This document shows, in pieces, positions 11,187 through 23,445 of a stretch of DNA of 64,000 nt. The DNA is from Dictyostelium discoideum. Lineage: Eukaryota. Both the position numbers and the translations under genes were made by a program. Positions within the stretch are counted from its first letter, which is position 1. The number at the start of each line of letters is the position of its first letter. The notes beneath the pieces were generated by a model. That model had not been told where the DNA came from, searched no databases, and was given only the letters and a program-made list of their open reading frames with translations. The stretch lies in NCBI GenBank assembly GCA_000004695.1, contig CM000150.2, positions 2,080,001 through 2,144,000 of the forward strand, read 5' to 3'.

Positions 11187-13082
11187 ATGTCAACAAATAA
11201 AAAAATTAAAACAGATAATAAAAATAAAATATTTCAAGATATTATTGATTTTGAAATTTTAAAATCTATAATCAATTATTTATTAATCAGCAACAAAAAT
11301 AAAAATAATAATAAAAATAGCAATACCTGTAATCAATATAAAATTAATAAATTTTATTTTAATAGAAATGAAATATTAAATTATATATTAGTTTCAAAAA
11401 AGTGGTATAATTTTATATCATTAACAATATCAAATAATATTATTAATAATAAATTATTTGAACATTGGTTAATTAATAATAATATAAATAATTCATTTAT
11501 TGAAAATTATAATAATCAAAATCAATATGATAAAAATAATTTAATTTTTGATAGTGATAAAAAAAATAAAATTAATTTTAATAAAGAGTTTTCAATTATA
11601 AAAATCAAAGAATCAATAATCAATGATTATTTTAAATTCAATTTATTTTTACATAAGATTACAATTGATGATTTTAAAGAAATTAAAAATAAATTTGAAA
11701 ATAATCAATTACTTTATAATAGAATTGTAGTTAATATTTGTATTATTGAATTCACACCATATAATAGTGAATTATATGAATATGTATCAAATGAAAATTC
11801 AGAAACCATATCAAATTTATTTAAAATATTAGAATTAAATTGTGATAATTCGTTGGAATATGGTTATATTCCAGTTTCTGAAGAGGGAGATAAACTTAAT
11901 AACAAATACAATGGGTTATATTTAAATAATTTATCAATTGATGGTTTTGATACATATGTAGATGAAGATGAAGATACATTAAAGATTTTTAATATTTTAA
12001 AAGGTAAAAATATAATTTATGGAGTATATGATACTAAAAGTAATGAAAGTCCAACACATATCAATTATTCAGCATTATTTGATCCAGATAATTCAGGTCA
12101 ACAAGTTGAATCAATTAAAGTACAATGTTGTACTGATTATGAAGAGGCTGTTGAAGCACGTCATTTAATCAAAGTTAATCAATTTGAAAATTTACATTCA
12201 ATTACAATACCAATTAATTCATTTCAAATATTATCAAACTTATCTGAAGAAATGGAATTTCATACATTATACCGAAATAGGGCAGAATTAGGTAATTCAG
12301 GAAATATGAAATCAGAATTAAATCAAATGATCAATTCATTCATTACAAGTAAATCTTTAAAGAATTTAAATATCAAATCGGAAAATTCAATTGAACACTT
12401 TCATCCAAATCATTATTATGATGGTAATAGTGATCATGAAATTTTTGTTAATAAAATAAATGAAACTATAGAATCATATTCAAATTCATTTAAACCATTA
12501 TTTTCAGAATTAAATACATCAATTGAAAGAATTGAATTTGATTGTATGGGTTTATTAAATATCGATACATTTTCAAATTTATTAAATAATAAATCAATTA
12601 AATATTTATCTTTATATGGTAATAGTGATTTCATTGTTTACTCATCAAAACCAACTGGTGATAATGGTGGTAGTAAATTACATGAAGAAACTATTTCAAT
12701 TAATCAATATTTATTTGAAAATATATTTACATCACCATTAACACCAATTAGACATTATAAAATTAATATCAAAAATTCAAAACAAATAAAATCAATATTT
12801 AATTTAATATTAAATAATATTTTTAAATTACAATTATATTCATTAATATTTGAATTTAATGAAAACGAATTAATTTGTGAATTTGTTAAAGAATTTAAAA
12901 ATTTAATAAATAATATTTCAATACAACTACAACAAGAACAACAAGAACACCAAAAATCAAAAAACATAAATTTAAAAGAAATTAAAATTAAAATTAATAA
13001 CGATAATGAATATTCTCAAGAATTAAATAGTATTAATAATCCATATTTCACAACAGTAATAAAGTATATTTCACAAGAGTAA
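11187..13082 (+). CDS. Hypothetical Asn/Ile-rich protein (about 630 aa) of a lineage-specific paralog family; single exon
   Basis: The ORF is uninterrupted. The start is more likely the ATG at 11187 (MSTNKKIKTDNKNK...) than the ORF-track Met at 11157, because the paralogous copy begins at the equivalent position. Internal signature ITIDDFKEIKNKFENNQLLYNRIVVN. No known domain recognised. Confidence 0.55.
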   Translation: MSTNKKIKTDNKNKIFQDIIDFEILKSIINYLLISNKNKNNNKNSNTCNQYKINKFYFNRNEILNYILVSKKWYNFISLTISNNIINNKLFEHWLINNNINNSFIENYNNQNQYDKNNLIFDSDKKNKINFNKEFSIIKIKESIINDYFKFNLFLHKITIDDFKEIKNKFENNQLLYNRIVVNICIIEFTPYNSELYEYVSNENSETISNLFKILELNCDNSLEYGYIPVSEEGDKLNNKYNGLYLNNLSIDGFDTYVDEDEDTLKIFNILKGKNIIYGVYDTKSNESPTHINYSALFDPDNSGQQVESIKVQCCTDYEEAVEARHLIKVNQFENLHSITIPINSFQILSNLSEEMEFHTLYRNRAELGNSGNMKSELNQMINSFITSKSLKNLNIKSENSIEHFHPNHYYDGNSDHEIFVNKINETIESYSNSFKPLFSELNTSIERIEFDCMGLLNIDTFSNLLNNKSIKYLSLYGNSDFIVYSSKPTGDNGGSKLHEETISINQYLFENIFTSPLTPIRHYKINIKNSKQIKSIFNLILNNIFKLQLYSLIFEFNENELICEFVKEFKNLINNISIQLQQEQQEHQKSKNINLKEIKIKINNDNEYSQELNSINNPYFTTVIKYISQE

Positions 13083-13213
13083 TAAATGGTTAATAATAAT
13101 AAAAAATATAAAGTATAAAATAAAAAATAAAAACCCATTATCTAATGAAAATGAGTATCCCAAAGAGGACCTGATTTATTTTTGATTATTTTTTTAAAGA
13201 AAATAAAAGGTTC

Positions 13214-13244
<31 letters not shown>

Positions 13245-13908
13245 CTCGTAAAGAAATGTGGATGTGAATCTGTTTCTTCTTAGTTGATGATGTAACATGA
13301 GTAGTTGATAGACCAGTAGTGGTTGATCATACAGCATTTAAAATAATTACGACATTGAATATTTGCCATCTTTAAAGTCTCTATTGCAGATCGAATGAGC
13401 CATCAAAATCCTTCAAAAAATCATTTCTTTCATTGATTAAAACTGTATTCATCGATTGCATGAAACATAATTCGACATTGTTACATTATGTTGAATCTCT
13501 ACTATTTGACCTTTATGATTAACTTTAGCTGGTCTGCAAATCCCAATATTGATGATAATGACAGAACTAAAAATATAAAAAATAAAACTTCATTTGCTAA
13601 ACCTGCTTTATCAATTAACGCTTCTGTACCTAAATTACCAATAATTGGTCGACCATAGGTTGATTTATATTTTTTTTTTTTGCTTCACTTTTAACCCAAA
13701 TGTATATATTTATTTGTTTATTTGTTTAAAATTGAAAAAATGAAAATAAAAAAAAAAAAAATAAAAAAAAAAAAGAAAAAAAAAAAAAAAAGAAAAAAAA
13801 AAAAAAAAAAAAAAAAAATAATAAAACATTCCAAAAGTAATTAACGTTTTTTTTTTTTTTTTTTTAAATTTTTTTTTTTTTTTTTTCCTTTAAACAAAGA
13901 AAACCAAC

Positions 13909-16900
13909 ATGTTTTATAAAACATTTGGTTTTTTATTTATTTATTTAATTATTTTAATTAGTGGTACTCTTTCTCAAAAAGAAATAGATAGTAGTAATGA
14001 ACAACCAGTTATTGAAGTTTTCTTAGTACCACATAGTCATTGTGATGTTGGTTGGCTTAAAACAGTTGAACAATATTATACTGAAAATGTAACATTAATT
14101 CTTAATAATGTCATTGAAACTTTAACAAAAGATAAATCAAAAAAATTTAATTGGGCTGAAATGTAAGAAAACATAATATCATTTTTTTTTTTTTTTTTTT
14201 CTAATTATTATTTATTATTTATTATTTACTAATAAAAATAAAAAATTAAAGAATTTATTTTGAAAGGTGGTGGAATGATCAAAATGAAACTTTACAAAAT
14301 CAAGTTAAACAATTAATTTCAAATAAACAATTTTATTTTGTAGGTGGTGGATGGACACAAAATGATGAAGCAATAACGGATTATCAAGCAGTAATTAATC
14401 AAATGACATTAGGACATCAATTTCTTTTCAATCAATTTGGAATTAAACCAGAGATTGGTTGGCAAATTGATCCATTTGGACCATCAACTTTAACACCAAC
14501 ATTATTTAAATTAATGGGTTTTAAATATCATGTTATTAATAGAATTGATGAAAGAATAAAATATATTTTCAATGCAACTGAAATGAATATTCCAGAATCT
14601 GGTATAATGACAATAGAAAGAGAATTTGAATTTTTATGGTACCCATCTTCAAATAATCCAAATATTTCAATATTTACTCATGTTTTAGATCATCATTATG
14701 AATCACCATCGTAATTATTAAAATATTATTATATTATATTATTAATATTTATCTAATTAATTACAAATATATATGTTAATTTGTTTTTTTTTTTAAAAAT
14801 TAAAAGTTTAACAATTGTAGATTATGAAATACCAAATTTAACATATACATCAGGATTTGATTTTGAAGGTAATCCTAAAATTAATCCACCAATTACAATT
14901 TTAAATCTTAGATTTAGAGCAGATTTATTAGTAAAGATTATTAAAGAAAGAATTGATTTATTTAGACATAATAATCTTTTATTACCATTTGGAGGTGATT
15001 TTAGATTTCAAGATTCAAAAATAGAATTTAATAATATGGATAAATTAATTAAATTTATAAATTCAAATCAAAAAACTTATGGTGTAAATATAAAATATTC
15101 AACTGTTGATGAATATTTTGAAAAAGTAATACAAGATACCAATATTAATTGGAAGGAGGATACAACAACAACAACGACAACAACAATACCAATTGGTGGT
15201 GATGAATTCCCAAAATTATCAAATTTAGATTATTTTGATTATACGAAATGTGATTATAATGATTATCAAAAGTATAAAACATGTTCATTATATTATAGTG
15301 GTTTCTTTAGTTCTTATTCAGAATTGAAACAAATTTCAAGACAATCTGATAGTTTATTAAGAATTGGTGAATTTTTATATTCATTTGCAAATTTAATATC
15401 AAATAATAATAATAATGATGATGATGATGATGATGATAATGATTTTAATATTCAATTAAAAGAAATTTCTAATATATTAGTTCAACATAGAAATGTTAGT
15501 GGAATACTTACACATCATGATGCAATTACAGGTACAGCTAAAACTAAAGTTAGAGATGATTATCTTTTAATGTTGAATCAAGTACAATCGAATACAATGA
15601 ATAATGTAATTCCTAATATTGTTGGATATCTATTATCAAATAAATCAATTCAAAATTTTGATTACTCTTGTAATAATACAATCATTATGAATTCACCACA
15701 AATTGGTGATATATTTTCAATTTCATTTACAAATAGTTTAGGATGGGATCGTTCAGAATATATTCAAATTCAATTACCACCTTCAACCATTGTAACAGTT
15801 TATAATTATAATTTGATTTCAATTCAATCTCAAATAGTTCAAAGATTTGATAAAGATAATCAAACATTTCTTTATTTTAATGTTGAAACACCATCATTAG
15901 GTATTTCAACTTATTTCATTATAATTACTTCAACCAATGATGACAATGTTGATGATGATGTTGATAAAGTATTTGGTGATGATGAATTATTAATATATCT
16001 TTTAAAAAATGGAATTTTAAGTAAACCTATTTTATCAGAGATTAGTGAAATTTCAGAATTATCATCATCATCATCATCGTCATCGTCATCATCATCGTCA
16101 CAAATTACAATCGGAAATTCGAAATTTAATTTAAATTTCAATTATTTAAATGAAAATTATAATCTTTTAACTTTAACAAGTTTTGATGATTTAATTGAAA
16201 ATGAATATTCAATACCAATTACACAAAATTATATAGAATATATTAGTGGTAATGATAATTCGTATATATTTAAACCAAGTGGTTTACCAGTTAATTTAAA
16301 ACCAGAATCTCCTAAATTTTATAAAGTTACAGGTTCATTAGTTCAAATGATTACAATTTTATATACAAATAATTGTTCACAAACTTATATAGTTTATAAT
16401 TCAACAACAACAACAACAACAACAACTACTACTACTACTACTACCAACAATGATGATTCACCACCATTAGAATTAATAAATGATGAACAATACTTTGAAA
16501 TTGATAATATTGTTGCAGCAGGTTGGAATAAAGAAATTGGTAGTCAATTTAGTAGCGAATCAATTAATAATGATAAAACTTTCTATACTAGTAATGGTTT
16601 AGAATTAATTGAAAGAAATTATAAATCATTATTTAATGATACAACAGAATTTAATATGATTGCTGGTAATTATTATCCAGTGATTAATACAATTCAAATT
16701 TTAGATAATAAATCAAAAAAACAATTAACAATATTAACAAAACAAAGTTTTGGTGCAAGTAGTCAAAATAATGGTGAATTAAATTTACTTTTTATAAGAA
16801 GATCCACTGATCAATTTGTAACACTTAATGAAACAATGAATGATATTTCCAATCCTTTAATTAAAATTAAAGTATTATTTGGTAATTCAAATTCAATTGA

Positions 16901-17333
16901 AAATATTAGAACACCACATTCATTATTATTAGAGAATCCATTATTACCAATTTATTCAATTGTTTCCGATATTACAATAGATAAATGGATATCAATTTAT
17001 AATACAGTATTTAAACCATTTAAAACTTCATTACCTTATAATTTACATTTATTAACATTTACAAAACAACAACAACAACAACAACAAGATTTCAATGAAG
17101 ATAATCCTTTGGATTATTTCATTAGGTTTTTAAATATATATGAAATTTCTCAAAGTGAATCATTTTCACAACCAATAGAATTTAAATTAACAAATTATTT
17201 TAATAATTTTAATATTACAAATATTAGAGAATCTTCATTAACTTTTAATTCAATTATTAATAATAATACCAATTCAATAATTTTAAATCCATTAAATTTA
17301 ATTTCCTTAATTATTACAATTAGTAAAAATTAA
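13909..17333 (+). CDS. Lysosomal-type alpha-mannosidase, glycoside hydrolase family 38 (about 1080 aa). Exons 13909..14162, 14252..14710, 14807..17333
   Basis: Signal peptide, then VPHSHCDVGWLKTVEQYY, the GH38 HSHxDxGWL motif. GTAAGA donor at 14163; acceptor AG at 14250-14251. Exon 2 reads IIYFERWWNDQNE...FVGGGWTQNDEA...GWQIDPFGPS. GTAATT donor at 14711; acceptor AG at 14805-14806. Exon 3 reads ...LLPFGGDFRFQD... and runs to the TAA at 17331-17333, with poly-T and poly-S low-complexity inserts. The ORF-track start at 14781 is a TTG and is not a real start. Confidence 0.8.
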
Positions 17334-17734
17334 ATGACTAATGAAAAAAAAAAAAAAAAAGTGTTAACACTTTTAAGTTAAAAAAGTGTTAGAAAAAATA
17401 AAACAAAAATTGATTGATTTGGTCATTTATTTTTTATATCTTTTTTTTTTTTTTTTTCTTAATTTTAATTCTTTTAATCATTAGTATTGTCCTTAAATAA
17501 GAATTATAGAAAGTCAAAAAAAAAAAAAAAGATTTATTTATGATAAATTCTGATTAAAAAAAATAAATAAAACTTTTAAATTTATAATTTTATTATTTTA
17601 TAAATATTATTTTTAACTTTTAACTTTAAAAAATAAAAAAAAAATATTATTTTTTTATTTTTTTTTTTTTTTTTACTTTTTTTCAAATTTTTTTTTATTT
17701 TTTTTATTTTTTTATTTTTTAATTTCAATTAAAA

Positions 17735-18286
17735 ATGGATAAATTATTTCAATCTGTATTTAATAATATTTATATATCAAGATTAATATTTAATTATTCT
17801 ATATTATATAAAAAGAATGAAGTTGTAAGATTTGAAGATAGAGAATCATTATTAAATTATACAGAAAGAGAATTTATTAGAAAAATTGTATATTATGGTA
17901 AAGAGTTGAAGATTGGAGATTTACCAAATAATGGTGCACTAAAAGAGATTTCATTTCGTTCGATCAATCAAAGATCAATTTCAGGAAAAGATGTTCCATT
18001 TGGTGTTGAAGTTATTGAATTTAATGGTTTTTCAGGAAATTTAAATGAATATCCTTCAACATTAAATAAAGTCATTCAATTAATCATACCACCAGATGAT
18101 GATGTAAATTTTGAAATACCAGCAAATATAACCTCATTATCAATTCGATGTTATAAACCATTAAAAGAAGTTTCAAAATATTTACCAAATTCAATTAAAG
18201 AATTAGAATTTGAAAATAATTATAAAGTTTATGATTGTTTTTATCAAGATTATGAAGAAAATGATGAAGATGAAGTGGAAAATGAA

Positions 18287-18338
<52 letters not shown>

Positions 18339-19012
18339 GCAATAATTCAAAAATTATACTACCAAATAATTTAATAAAATTATCATTAGGTAAATATAAT
18401 ATAAAGTATTTAGCAGAAGGAATTTTACCAAAAACAATTGAACAATTAGAAATTTCAACTTGTAAATCGAAAAATGTATTTGATAAAGTTAATAATGAAT
18501 ACTTTGAAAATAATAGTAATTATAGCATTGGTTTATTTAATGTTTTAAGGTCATTGGAAAATCTTAAAGTATTATCAATTGATACAAGAAGTTTAATTAC
18601 TAAAGAATCAAATTTAAAAGATTGCGATTCAATTAAAGATTTAACAATACATTGTAATTGTGGATATGACCCTAAAAAAGATTATCTTGAACAGTCAATT
18701 GAAGAATTCTCTTTACCACAGAGTGTAACAAAATTAAAGTTACTCGACTTTACAATGAATAAAATTCCATCAAATGTAATCCCAAATGGTGTACTATCAC
18801 TAACAATTGATAGAATAGAAATCGTTGAATTACCACCATCTTTAACTTATTTAAAACTTTATGAAAAACCTGCTTATTATTACACAAAAGAAGAATCACT
18901 TTCTTTGTTATCTTTATTACCAAAATCATTAACTAAACTTACAATACCACATTATTTCCAGGATTTCAATTTAATATACAATGACAATATTAAAAAAATA
19001 AAATTTAGATGA
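17735..19012 (+). CDS. FNIP/LRR-like repeat protein (425 aa)
   Basis: Uninterrupted ORF. Repeated LP(N/K/Q)S(I/V/L)(K/T)xLxF/LP..LTxLxL units, the same architecture as the FNIP-repeat gene at 36939. Contains a poly-N tract. Confidence 0.5.
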
Positions 19013-19321
19013 AATAATCTTTATATATTTATTTATTTTTTAATATTAACAAGTTTTTAATAATAATAATATTAATAATAGTAATATTAATAATAGTAAT
19101 AAGAATAATAATGATTAACAAACAATAATAATTATTTTAATTATTAATTTATTAGTTTTATATTTTAGAGTTTTCGTTCGAAACTTATAAAAACTGAAAA
19201 AATGAAAAAAATAAGTTGATTCAAGCTTTACAGCATTCATATAATATTTTAATTGTGTGTTTATTTTTTATTATGACCATCCGGATATCCGAAGTTCGGA
19301 TTTCCATTTTACAGCAAAAAG

Positions 19322-19393
19322 CTCCCTGTCCGGGAATTGAACCCGGGCCTTTCGCGTGACAGGCGAAAATCCTCACCACTAGACCAACAAGGA
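19322..19393 (-). tRNA. tRNA-Asp (anticodon GUC)
   Basis: The minus strand reads TCCTTGTTGGTCTAGTGGTGAGGATTTTCGCCTGTCACGCGAAAGGCCCGGGTTCAATTCCCGGACAGGGAG. This gives a cloverleaf with A/B boxes (TAGTGG, GGTTCAATTCC) and a CTGTCAC anticodon loop. It is near-identical in layout to metazoan tRNA-Asp. Confidence 0.9.
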
Positions 19394-19469
19394 TGATTTT
19401 GTGATTTCTTTTTATTTTAGCCCGGAAATAAAGGTTTTAATTACAAACTAATTCTTAAAAATTAGTTTG

Positions 19470-19543
19470 TATTCAGAGCGGGAATCGAACCCACGACCTA
19501 ATCCGTGTTAAGGATTCGTGATAACCGACTACACCATCCGAAC
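19470..19543 (-). tRNA. tRNA-Val (anticodon AAC)
   Basis: The minus strand reads GTTCGGATGGTGTAGTCGGTTATCACGAATCCTTAACACGGATTAGGTCGTGGGTTCGATTCCCGCTCTGAATA. Anticodon stem AATCC/GGATT with loop TTAACAC. T-arm GTGGG TTCGATT CCCGC. The acceptor stem has two G-U pairs. Confidence 0.85.
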
Positions 19544-19730
19544 TAATCGTTATTTTTTAATTAGAATAACTACTACCGATTTTTAGACATTCGAATTTAA
19601 AAAAAAAATGATTTTTAAACATGAAAAAAAAAAAAAAAAAAAACGATTTTTAAATTATCAATAATTAATTAATTTATTATTTTATTTGTGTAAAAAAAAA
19701 AAAATTAAAATTTTATAAAATTGATTGCTT

Positions 19731-21526
19731 TTATTTATTTTTTGGAATTATGGACTTGGTATCAGTCTTTCGTGTATAAAAAATAATTAAAATACCAATG
19801 ATAATTGATAAAAGGTTAACAGAAAAACTAATAATGAAAGAAAGTACAAAACAATGATTACCATAGCATTGACCATCAATTGAATTTTCAGAGAGTCTAT
19901 CGTAAACCTTACTGCTAAAAGTACTGAATATTAGTGCACCAGAAGCTGAAGATAATGCCAACTAAAATATTAAAAATAGTGTTAGAATTTATTTATTATT
20001 TTATCAATATTGGTATATAAAAATTATAAAATTAAATTGAAAAAAAAAGTAAATACATACAAAACCGAAATTAAGACCAAATCTTCTTGGACCAAATCTG
20101 AATGTTGCTAATAAAACCATAATTGAAACAATTCCACCATAACCAATACCAGTGAAAAGAGTAGCTGGGTAAAATATAGGTTTTAATTCAAATGCACAAA
20201 CTAAATGAGTTAGTGTAATTATTAAACTTGATAAAACAACACACCAAAATCTTGATACTTTTTTCGAACTATTTATAAAAATAAAAATAAAAATAAAAAT
20301 ATTATTAATACTTTTTTTTCTATTTAAATAATAAATATATATATATATATATATATACATAAATAAATAAACATACATTAAATCTGATAAAAATCCCATT
20401 CCAACTCTACCAATTAAATTACCAATTGAAAAAACAATAACCAAATTACTTTGTGTTGAATCTGGTTCTCGCAAAGATTCAGCCATAATTGCAATATTAT
20501 TTAAAAACATAATACTACAACCACCAGCAAAGAAATAAATTATCCATAAGCCCCAAAATTCAACCATTTTTAATAATTTTAAACCGGAAACATCTCTTTT
20601 ACCATCTAAAAAGTTTGGATTAGAAGTATCAATTGAATTTAGATGTGATGATAAATTTGAATTTGATGGTGATGAAGATAATGAAGAAGATGATGATGAT
20701 GAACCTTCACCCAATAGTTTAGTTTTATCGTTGTTTGATATATTATTATTAGTATTATTATTATTACCATTTGTAATAATACCATTACCACTACCATTTA
20801 AATTACTTTCTTCATCTTTTGAAATTATATATTTTTGTTTTTCATTAATATCATCATCAGATTGATAAGCTTCATTTTGTTGTTTCTTTTGCTGTTCGTT
20901 ATCTTCATTTTCATTAGTTTCATCGAAAATTTCAGGTTCCTCAACACCTTCGATTTTAACAAGTCTTACAATATAAGTTGCAATAAACGATACAATTGAT
21001 AACAGAATTGCAATAAATAATAAATATCCTTCTAAATTAGTTTTAAAGAATAGTTTATAGATTACTCCAAATACACCAGCTGATAACGCAAACATTCCAA
21101 CAAGGACTCCACTAATCTAATTTTTATTTTAGAAAATAATAATAGTTAGTATTTATTTATTATTTATTTATTATTTATTATTTATTTATTATTTATTTAT
21201 TTATTTATTTATTATTTACCTTTCCTCTATGTTTAATACTATAGTTATGAACATTTGCTACAACACATGCAGTAAAACTACCATATGATGATTGACCAAT
21301 AATAAATAAAAAGAATGATAACAAATATACACTACTTGTTATATAACCCTTTACAATTGCCCATACACCCATACAACCAATAACATAAAATATTGTTGCT
21401 AATCCATTTGTAAAAAATGGTCCAAATAAATCGAAAAAGAATCCAACTGTAAGCCCAATATACCTAATTAATTTTATTATTATGTTTTTGAATAGTAAAA
21501 TAAAAAAATAAAAAATTTATTTATGG

Positions 21527-21566
<40 letters not shown>

Positions 21567-22093
21567 AAAAAAAAAAAAAAAAAAAAAAACATATTAAAAT
21601 AATGTTATAATTTTTAAAAAATAAAAGAAAATTCAAATATAAAATTGAAAAATAAATAAATAAATAAATAAAAAACTTACATTCCAACATCACCAATTGA
21701 AATTGCAAGACCAATATCAGTTTGAGAATATTCTAATTTATCTCTAATTTCATTTGAAATAATACTGAAACCATAAAGAGTACCAGAAGCTAAAATTGTT
21801 AAAATTCCCCAAAGTATTGACAAAATACGTTGAGTTTCTACATTTTTTATAAAGTGTGGAGGTTTATAAAATCTATGTAAACTTTTATCTTTTTTTTTTT
21901 TTTGAACGCTGTGTGGTTGTTTTTGCTTTATTGAATTTTTTTCATTCTTTAATAAATTTTTATTTTTTCCAATTGTGCTAATACTATCGACACTTTCATT
22001 TAATGATCTTTCTTCTTCTTCTAATCCTTCTTCGGTTGTAATGGAATAATTTGAATCATTCAATTTACTTAATAAATCCTTATCATTTGTCAT
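19731..22093 (-). CDS. Nodulin-like major facilitator superfamily transporter, paralog 1 (about 611 aa). Exons 21681..22093, 21220..21463, 20377..21116, 20061..20268, 19731..19961
   Basis: Exon 1 reads MTNDKDLL...HRFYKPPHFIKNVETQRILSILWGILTILASGTLYGFSIISNEIRDKLEYSQTDIGLAISIGDVG, then a GTAAGT donor. Exon 2 reads (M)YIGLTVGFFFDLFGPFFTNGLATIFYVIGCMGVWAIVKGYITSS...VANVHNYSIKHRGK. Exon 3 runs ISGVLVGMFALSAGVF... through an acidic/Ser-rich loop to ...IGNLIGRVGMGFLSDL. Exon 4 reads ISKKVSRFWCVVLSS...FRFGPRRFGLNFGF. Exon 5 reads LALSSASGALIFS...*. All donors are GTAAGT, GTAAAT or GTATGT. Confidence 0.75.
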
Positions 22094-22920
22094 AATTACT
22101 AAAAATTGTTTTTTTATTTATTTTTTTATTTTTTTATTTATTATTATTATTTTTTATTTTTTAAATTATATGAAAAACAAAAAAAAATATTTTCACATTT
22201 AATTTTTTTTTGTTATACTGTTTTTTTTTTTAATAATATTATAAATAAAAAAAAAAAAAAAAAATTTTATTTTATATTAAAGAATTATTTTATTTTTTTA
22301 TTTAAAAAATGTTTTTATAATAATTTATTTTATGAAAAGTTTATTATTATTTGTGTGTTTAAAATTTTTTATATTTTTAGTAGATATATTTATTTTTTAT
22401 TTTTTTACCTAGTTTATTATATAATAATTTAATTTCATCTGGATTGGAAAAATGGAATTTTTTTTTTTTTTTTCAATCAGTTTCGGTTTGTTCAAAATTA
22501 GTAAAAAAAAAAATTTAAAATTAATTAAAAAAAAAAAAAAAAAAATGTTAAAAAAAAAAAAAGAAAATATCTTTCCAATAAACCATGGTTATGAGAATAA
22601 AAGAGAGATCTAGATTCTTTTTAAAATGATTATTATTGTAATTGACATTTTTGACATTTTAAAAAAATTATTTTGTTGTAAAAAAAAAAAAAAAAAAAAA
22701 AAAAATTAAAATTAAAAAAAAAAAAAAAAAAAATAAAAAATAAAATAAAAAAAACAAACATGCAAAGCCGAAAACGACTGTAAAAAGAAGAAAAAAAAAT
22801 TGTACTTTTTTTTCTGTTTTTTTTTTAATAGATTATTAATTCTAATAATTTTATTTTTTTTCATTTTTTTTTTTCATTTTTTTTAATTATAAAAAATAAA
22901 ATTTTTTTATTTTTTTTTTT

Positions 22921-23110
22921 AATTATAAAAATTTGATTTTATAATTTTCATTTAAATTGTAAATTAATTTTATAAAATTTAATAAATACTTTTAAAACAA
23001 AATTCATCAGTGACTGGAATTGATTCAATAATTTATATTTTTTAAAGCTTTTTTATTTAAACCATAAATTCCATTTTCAAATTTTTTTATTGCTCTAAAT
23101 GTTGAAATTT
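22921..23110. repeat. About 190 bp direct repeat, copy A (partner at 23251..23445)
   Basis: aatt(a/t)taaaaatttgattttata(a/g)ttt(c/g)atttaaattgtaaattaatttta...ataaattccattttcaaattttt(t/c)attg(c/t)tctaaatgtt(g/t)aaatttt. About 80% identity between the copies. Confidence 0.7.
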
Positions 23111-23250
23111 TTTTATTGCTCCTAAAAATTGTTTTTTTTTTTTTTTTTAGGTTTTAATTTACCAAGATTTATTTTAAAAAAAAAAATTTAAAAAATAATA
23201 ATATATTTTTGTTAGTATTTTAATAATTAATAATTTTTTTTTTTTTTTTT

Positions 23251-23445
23251 TTAAATTATTAAAAATTTGATTTTATAGTTTTGATTTAAATTGTAAATTA
23301 ATTTTAAAATATTTTAATAAAACACTTATAAAAAAAATTCGTCAGTGATTTAATTTTATCATTATAATTTATAATTTTTAATTCTTTTTCATTTAAACTA
23401 TAAATTCCATTTTCAAATTTTTTCATTGTTCTAAATGTTTAAATT
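23251..23445. repeat. About 190 bp direct repeat, copy B
   Basis: See copy A. This copy abuts the 3' end of the small minus-strand ORF 23439..23663. Confidence 0.7.

Noticed and set aside
14781-14783. ORF-track start codon of the 850-aa mannosidase ORF (also 19961 and 24851 for the MFS last exons)
   Set aside because: The base triplet is TTG, not ATG. These are internal exons entered through AG acceptors, not translation starts.
19200-19600. Looked for tRNA-targeted retroelements (TRE5 about 50 bp upstream, TRE3 about 100 bp downstream) or DGLT-A near the two tRNA genes
   Set aside because: The flanks are simple AT-rich sequence with no ORF or LTR-like structure. No element is present in this window.
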